Shown here in pieces: positions 59,990 through 64,000 of a stretch of 64,000 nt of DNA (position 1 is its first letter; every line of letters starts with the position of its first letter). This DNA comes from Trueperaceae bacterium (GTDB lineage: Bacteria > Deinococcota > Deinococci > Deinococcales > Trueperaceae), in contig OZ243927.1 in assembly GCA_965213925.1 (NCBI GenBank), positions 480,001 through 544,000 of the forward strand, read 5' to 3'. The translations under genes and the position numbers were made by a program. The notes beneath the pieces were generated by a model. The model was not told where the DNA came from. It did no database searches and saw only the letters and a program-made list of their open reading frames with translations.

Positions 59990-61078
59990 ATGAAAGTTTT
60001 AGTCACAGGTACAGAGGGTTATCTGGGGTCGCTGTTGCCGCCGCTCCTCGTGGAGGCGGGACACGAGGTGATCGGCGTTGACACGGGCTTCTACAAGGGG
60101 GGCTGGCTCTATAACGGTACGACGCTCAGTGCTCAGACGCTGTGTAAAGACATTCGCCACCTGACGCGCAGGGACCTTGAAGGGGTCGGGGCTGTGGTGC
60201 ACATGGCGGAGCTTTCGAACGATCCCCTCGGGCAACTCGCCCCGGACATCACGCTCGAGATCAACCACGAAGCGTCGCTCCGGCTCGCGCAACTCGCGAA
60301 GGAGGCGGGCGCGGCGCGCTTTATCTACACCTCGTCGTGCAGCGTCTACGGCGTCGCCGAGGAAGAGGTCGTGGACGAGCGTTCCCCGGTCAACCCGCAG
60401 ACGACCTACGCGCTCTGCAAAACGTTGGTGGAAAGGGACGTGGCGGCGCTGGCGGACGAGGCGTTTTCGCCGACCTTCTTGCGCAACGCCACCGCCTTCG
60501 GCGCGTCCCCGCGGATGCGCTTCGACATCGTGCTCAACAATCTGTCGGGCTGGGCCTGGACGACGGGCGAGATCAAGATGACGAGCGACGGGTCGCCGTG
60601 GCGTCCCCTCGTCCACGCGCTCGACATCTGCAACGCCGTCCTCTGCACGCTGCGCGCGCCGCGCGAGCGGGTCCACAACCAAATCCTCAACGTCGGCGAC
60701 AGCCGCTTCAACTACCGCGTTAGGGACATAGCGGAGATCGTCGCGGACGTCTTTCCGGGCTGCAGCCTCAGCTTGGGAGAGCGGGGCGGGGACAACCGCA
60801 GCTACCGCGTCTCGTTCGACAAAATTCACGACGTCTTACCCGACTTCCGCTGCGCCTGGGACGCTGAGCGCGGCGCTCGGCAGCTCCGCGACGTCTTCGC
60901 GCACATCGAGATGAGGCGCGAGGACTTCGAGCTGCCCGCTTTTACCCGTTTGAGGCAGCTCGAGCATCTGCTCAACACGAAGCAGCTCGACGAGCGCTTC
61001 TTCTGGCGGCAGCCGGGTAGCGCGGAGGTAAGCGAAGCTGACAGCCCACCTAGCGTAGAAGGCGTGGCTTCTCAGTGA
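59990..61078 (+). CDS. NAD-dependent epimerase/dehydratase
   Basis: TGTEGYLG, AELSNDP, SSCSVYG, YALCK, LRNATAFG.SPRMRFD. Confidence 0.85.
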   Translation: MKVLVTGTEGYLGSLLPPLLVEAGHEVIGVDTGFYKGGWLYNGTTLSAQTLCKDIRHLTRRDLEGVGAVVHMAELSNDPLGQLAPDITLEINHEASLRLAQLAKEAGAARFIYTSSCSVYGVAEEEVVDERSPVNPQTTYALCKTLVERDVAALADEAFSPTFLRNATAFGASPRMRFDIVLNNLSGWAWTTGEIKMTSDGSPWRPLVHALDICNAVLCTLRAPRERVHNQILNVGDSRFNYRVRDIAEIVADVFPGCSLSLGERGGDNRSYRVSFDKIHDVLPDFRCAWDAERGARQLRDVFAHIEMRREDFELPAFTRLRQLEHLLNTKQLDERFFWRQPGSAEVSEADSPPSVEGVASQ

Positions 61079-62358
61079 ACCCCGACGCAACGCTCTCCAC
61101 CTCCCCTGCGGTTTCGGAAACAGCGCCTGATCTGCTCTGCCGCTTCTGCGGCGCGACGCTGGCACACCGCTTTGCCGACTTAGGCGCACAACCGCTCTGC
61201 GAAAGCTACCTCAGCGCCGCCGCCCTGCATGCGCCCGAGCCCTTCTATCCCCTCACCGCTTACGTGTGCGCCGAGTGCCTGCTCGTACAGGTCGAGGCGT
61301 TCGAGAGTCCCGAGGCTATTTTCAGCGACTACGCCTACTTCTCCTCCTACTCGACGAGTTGGCTCGAGCACGCTAAGCGCTACGCCGAGAGGGTCACGGA
61401 CCGCTTCGGGCTCGGTCAGGAAAGTTTAGTCGTCGAGCTTGCCAGCAACGACGGATATCTGCTCAAAAACTTCGTAGAGCGTGGCATTCCCGCCCTCGGC
61501 ATCGACCCGGCGGCGAACGTTGCTGAGGTCGCCGAGTCACGCGGCGTGCCTACGCTGGTCGCGTTTTTCGGCAGCGAGGTCGCCCGCAAGCTCGCCCGAG
61601 AGGGCAAAAGAGCGGACCTCATCGTCGCGAACAACGTCCTAGCGCACACGCCCCACCTCAACGACTTCGTCGCCGGCATCAAGCTGCTGCTCAAACCGGA
61701 CGGCGCGGCGACGCTCGAGTTCCCCCACCTCCTCACGCTCATCCGGGAGAACCAGTTCGACACCATCTACCACGAGCACTTCTCCTACCTCTCGCTGCTG
61801 AGCGTCGAGCGAATCTTCGCGGCGCACGGCCTAGCGCTCTTCGACGCCGAAGAACTTCCGACGCACGGCGGCTCGCTGCGCATCTACGTTCGGCACGTAG
61901 AGTCGGAAGCGTTAGAGACCGCCTCGAGCCTAGAGGCGCTCCGAGAGAAGGAGCGAGCGGCGCACCTGGACACGCTCGCGCCTTATCTGGCCTTCAACGA
62001 GCAAGCCGCGAAAACCAAGCATAAGCTTCTGAGCCTCCTCATCGAGCTTAAAGGGACGGGCGCGAGCATCGCGGGCTACGGCGCGCCCGGCAAGGGCAAC
62101 ACGCTCCTCAACTACTGCGGCGTCCGGGGCGACTTCCTCGACTACACGGTCGACCGCAACCCCTACAAGCAGGGTCTCTTCTTGCCCGGCACCCACATCC
62201 CCATCCACGCGCCGGAGAAAATCTACGAGACGAAACCCGACTTCGTGCTAATCCTCCCCTGGAACCTCAAGGATGAGATCATGGACCAGATGGCGTCGAT
62301 TCGCGACTGGGGCGGGAGGTTCATCGTGCCTATCCCGGAGGCGAGCATCGTACCGTGA
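61075..62358 (+). CDS. NDP-sugar C-methyltransferase (Zn-binding)
   Basis: CRFC...CAEC Zn site, ELASNDG, FDTIYHEHFSY, THGGS, YGAPGKG. Confidence 0.85.
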   Translation: MNPDATLSTSPAVSETAPDLLCRFCGATLAHRFADLGAQPLCESYLSAAALHAPEPFYPLTAYVCAECLLVQVEAFESPEAIFSDYAYFSSYSTSWLEHAKRYAERVTDRFGLGQESLVVELASNDGYLLKNFVERGIPALGIDPAANVAEVAESRGVPTLVAFFGSEVARKLAREGKRADLIVANNVLAHTPHLNDFVAGIKLLLKPDGAATLEFPHLLTLIRENQFDTIYHEHFSYLSLLSVERIFAAHGLALFDAEELPTHGGSLRIYVRHVESEALETASSLEALREKERAAHLDTLAPYLAFNEQAAKTKHKLLSLLIELKGTGASIAGYGAPGKGNTLLNYCGVRGDFLDYTVDRNPYKQGLFLPGTHIPIHAPEKIYETKPDFVLILPWNLKDEIMDQMASIRDWGGRFIVPIPEASIVP

Positions 62359-62885
62359 AGTTTTCCGAAACGCCGATTGCGGGAGCTTTCGTCATTGACC
62401 TCGAGCCGCACCGAGACGAGCGCGGCTCCTTCGCTCGCGCGTTCTGCCAGCAGGAATTCGCGGCGCACGGACTCAATCCGGCGGTGGCGCAGTGCAACCT
62501 CTCTCATAACGCAAAGCGGGGCACGCTGCGCGGCCTGCACTACCAAGCCGCGCCGCACGGCGAAGCCAAGCTGGTGCGCTGTATCCGAGGTGCGATCTAC
62601 GACGTCATCGTCGACTTGCGCCCCGACTCGCCCTCGTTCAAAACGCACGTGAGCGCCGAACTCTCCGAGCGCAACGGCCGCGCCCTCTACGTCCCGGAGG
62701 GGGTAGCGCACGGCTTTCTGACGCTCGAGGACGACAGTGACATCTTCTACCAGATGTCGACGCCGTACCACCCTGAAGCGGCGCGCGGCGTACGCTGGGA
62801 CGACCCCACTTTCGGCGTCCCCTGGCCTGAAAGCGTCCGCGTCATCTCCGAACGCGACGCGACCTACCCGGACACGGTGCTTTAG
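62355..62885 (+). CDS. rfbC: dTDP-4-dehydrorhamnose 3,5-epimerase family
   Basis: DERGSF, GTLRGLHYQ, DVIVDLR, AHGFLTL, WDDP, ISERD. Confidence 0.85.
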   Translation: MKFSETPIAGAFVIDLEPHRDERGSFARAFCQQEFAAHGLNPAVAQCNLSHNAKRGTLRGLHYQAAPHGEAKLVRCIRGAIYDVIVDLRPDSPSFKTHVSAELSERNGRALYVPEGVAHGFLTLEDDSDIFYQMSTPYHPEAARGVRWDDPTFGVPWPESVRVISERDATYPDTVL

Positions 62886-62900
62886 AATGGGTGCTTTAGG

Positions 62901-64000
62901 GTGAACCTGTCGAGCGTCGCTAAGGGGCTCAGCGCGGAGCAGGGCGAAGCGATGATGGCGCTCGTCCGCGACCTGTACCCTCTCTGCCGCAGCATCACAG
63001 GGGACGGATTGAGGGCGACGCTCCGCCTGCTTCAGCAGCACGTTCCCTTGGAGATACGCGAAGTGCCGAGCGGCACGCCGGTCTTCGACTGGACGGTGCC
63101 GAACGAGTGGAATATCCGCGACGCCTACATCGAAGACGCACAGGGAGCGCGCGTCGTCGACTTTAGGGCGCACAATCTGCACGTGGTGAATTACAGCGTG
63201 CCCGTGCGCGAGCGCCTGACCCTGGAGGCGCTTCGCCCCCACCTGCACACCCTGCCCGAGCACCCCGACTGGATTCCCTACCGCACGAGCTACTACCGCG
63301 AAACGTGGGGGTTTTGCCTCCGCCATAGCACCCTTCTGTCCTTGGAGGAAGGGGAGTACGAGGTCGTTATCGACAGCTCGCTCGAGCCGGGAAGCCTCAG
63401 CTTCGGGGAGCTTGTTCTACCTGGCAAAAGTGGCGATGAGGTCCTCTTCTCCGCTCACTGCTGCCACCCCTCGCTCGCCAACGACAACCTCTCAGGTATC
63501 GCCGTCGCGATACTATTGGCTCAGCTTCTCGCAGGGACTGGGTCCCACCACTACACCTACCGCTTCCTCTTCGTGCCCGCGACCATCGGGACGATTGCCT
63601 GGCTGAGCCTCAATGAGGCGCATCTCTCCCACATAGAACACGGTCTCGTCCTCGCGGGCGTAGGCGACGGTGGACCGCTCCATTTCAAGCGGAGTAGACG
63701 CGGCGACAGCGAGCTTGACCGAGCGGCGGCGCACGTCCTCTCGCAGCGAGCGGACACCTATACGTTGCCCTTCTCCCCCGACGGTTACGATGAACGGCAG
63801 TACGGCTCGCCCGGCATCAACCTGCCCGTGGGGAGGCTCTCCCGAACCCCTTATGGCACGTATCCCGAATACCACACCTCGGCTGACAACCCGAGCTTCA
63901 TCAGCGAAGCATCGCTCGTAGAGACGTTGGCGTGGTGCCTAGAGCTGGTTGACGTGCTCGAGCACAACGGGCGCTACCGCAACCTCGCGCCCAAGGGCGA
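62901..64000 (+). CDS. DUF4910/DUF2172 M28-like protein (runs off the window; missing from the ORF track)
   Basis: Hand translation ...LYPLCRSITGDGLRATL...VFDWTVPNEWNI...IPYRTSYY.ETWGFC...HCCHPSLANDNLSG...DERQY...YPEYHTSAD. Confidence 0.85.
   Translation, partial: MNLSSVAKGLSAEQGEAMMALVRDLYPLCRSITGDGLRATLRLLQQHVPLEIREVPSGTPVFDWTVPNEWNIRDAYIEDAQGARVVDFRAHNLHVVNYSVPVRERLTLEALRPHLHTLPEHPDWIPYRTSYYRETWGFCLRHSTLLSLEEGEYEVVIDSSLEPGSLSFGELVLPGKSGDEVLFSAHCCHPSLANDNLSGIAVAILLAQLLAGTGSHHYTYRFLFVPATIGTIAWLSLNEAHLSHIEHGLVLAGVGDGGPLHFKRSRRGDSELDRAAAHVLSQRADTYTLPFSPDGYDERQYGSPGINLPVGRLSRTPYGTYPEYHTSADNPSFISEASLVETLAWCLELVDVLEHNGRYRNLAPKG

Noticed and set aside
62223..63326. 367-aa minus-strand ORF (also 24355-25146 and 59999-60829)
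   Set aside because: Antisense shadows of well-supported plus-strand genes in GC-rich DNA

Overview
A 64-kb, roughly 60% GC bacterial chromosome segment. Gene content and style suggest Deinococcota, Truepera-like (inference). The first ~37 kb is mostly housekeeping genes (argA-like acetyltransferase, mce, proC, tgt, lolC/E-type permease, murE, two deoxynucleoside kinases, uppS-like, RlmD-type methyltransferase, acyl-CoA dehydrogenase). Accessory items in this part are an orphan ThsB-like TIR gene, a small defence islet (zeta-toxin-like remnant, its small partner, YggL-like gene, 1337-aa Type IIG R-M enzyme), a frameshifted sirtuin, an AT-rich ORF followed by an attC-like site, and a LinB/Lnu(F)-like lincosamide nucleotidyltransferase. 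From ~37.7 kb to the end lies a Wzx/Wzy-type exopolysaccharide locus (glycosyltransferases, polymerase/ligase, degenerate Wzc, Wzx, WbaP, UDP-xylose synthase, GDP-mannose 3,5-epimerase-like, sugar C-methyltransferase, RfbC, DUF4910), interrupted by a 5-kb metabolic block bracketed by two MITE copies. Non-coding highlights: five copies of a TA-flanked MITE carrying nested palindromes and swappable 20-30 bp modules, a second palindromic repeat family that supplies stop codons, strong over-representation of CTCGAG, and a yybP-ykoY-like four-way-junction RNA with a coupled micro-ORF ahead of a beta-oxidation gene. No rRNA, tRNA, CRISPR array, transposase or integrase was seen. All family calls come from motif recognition, not database searches.
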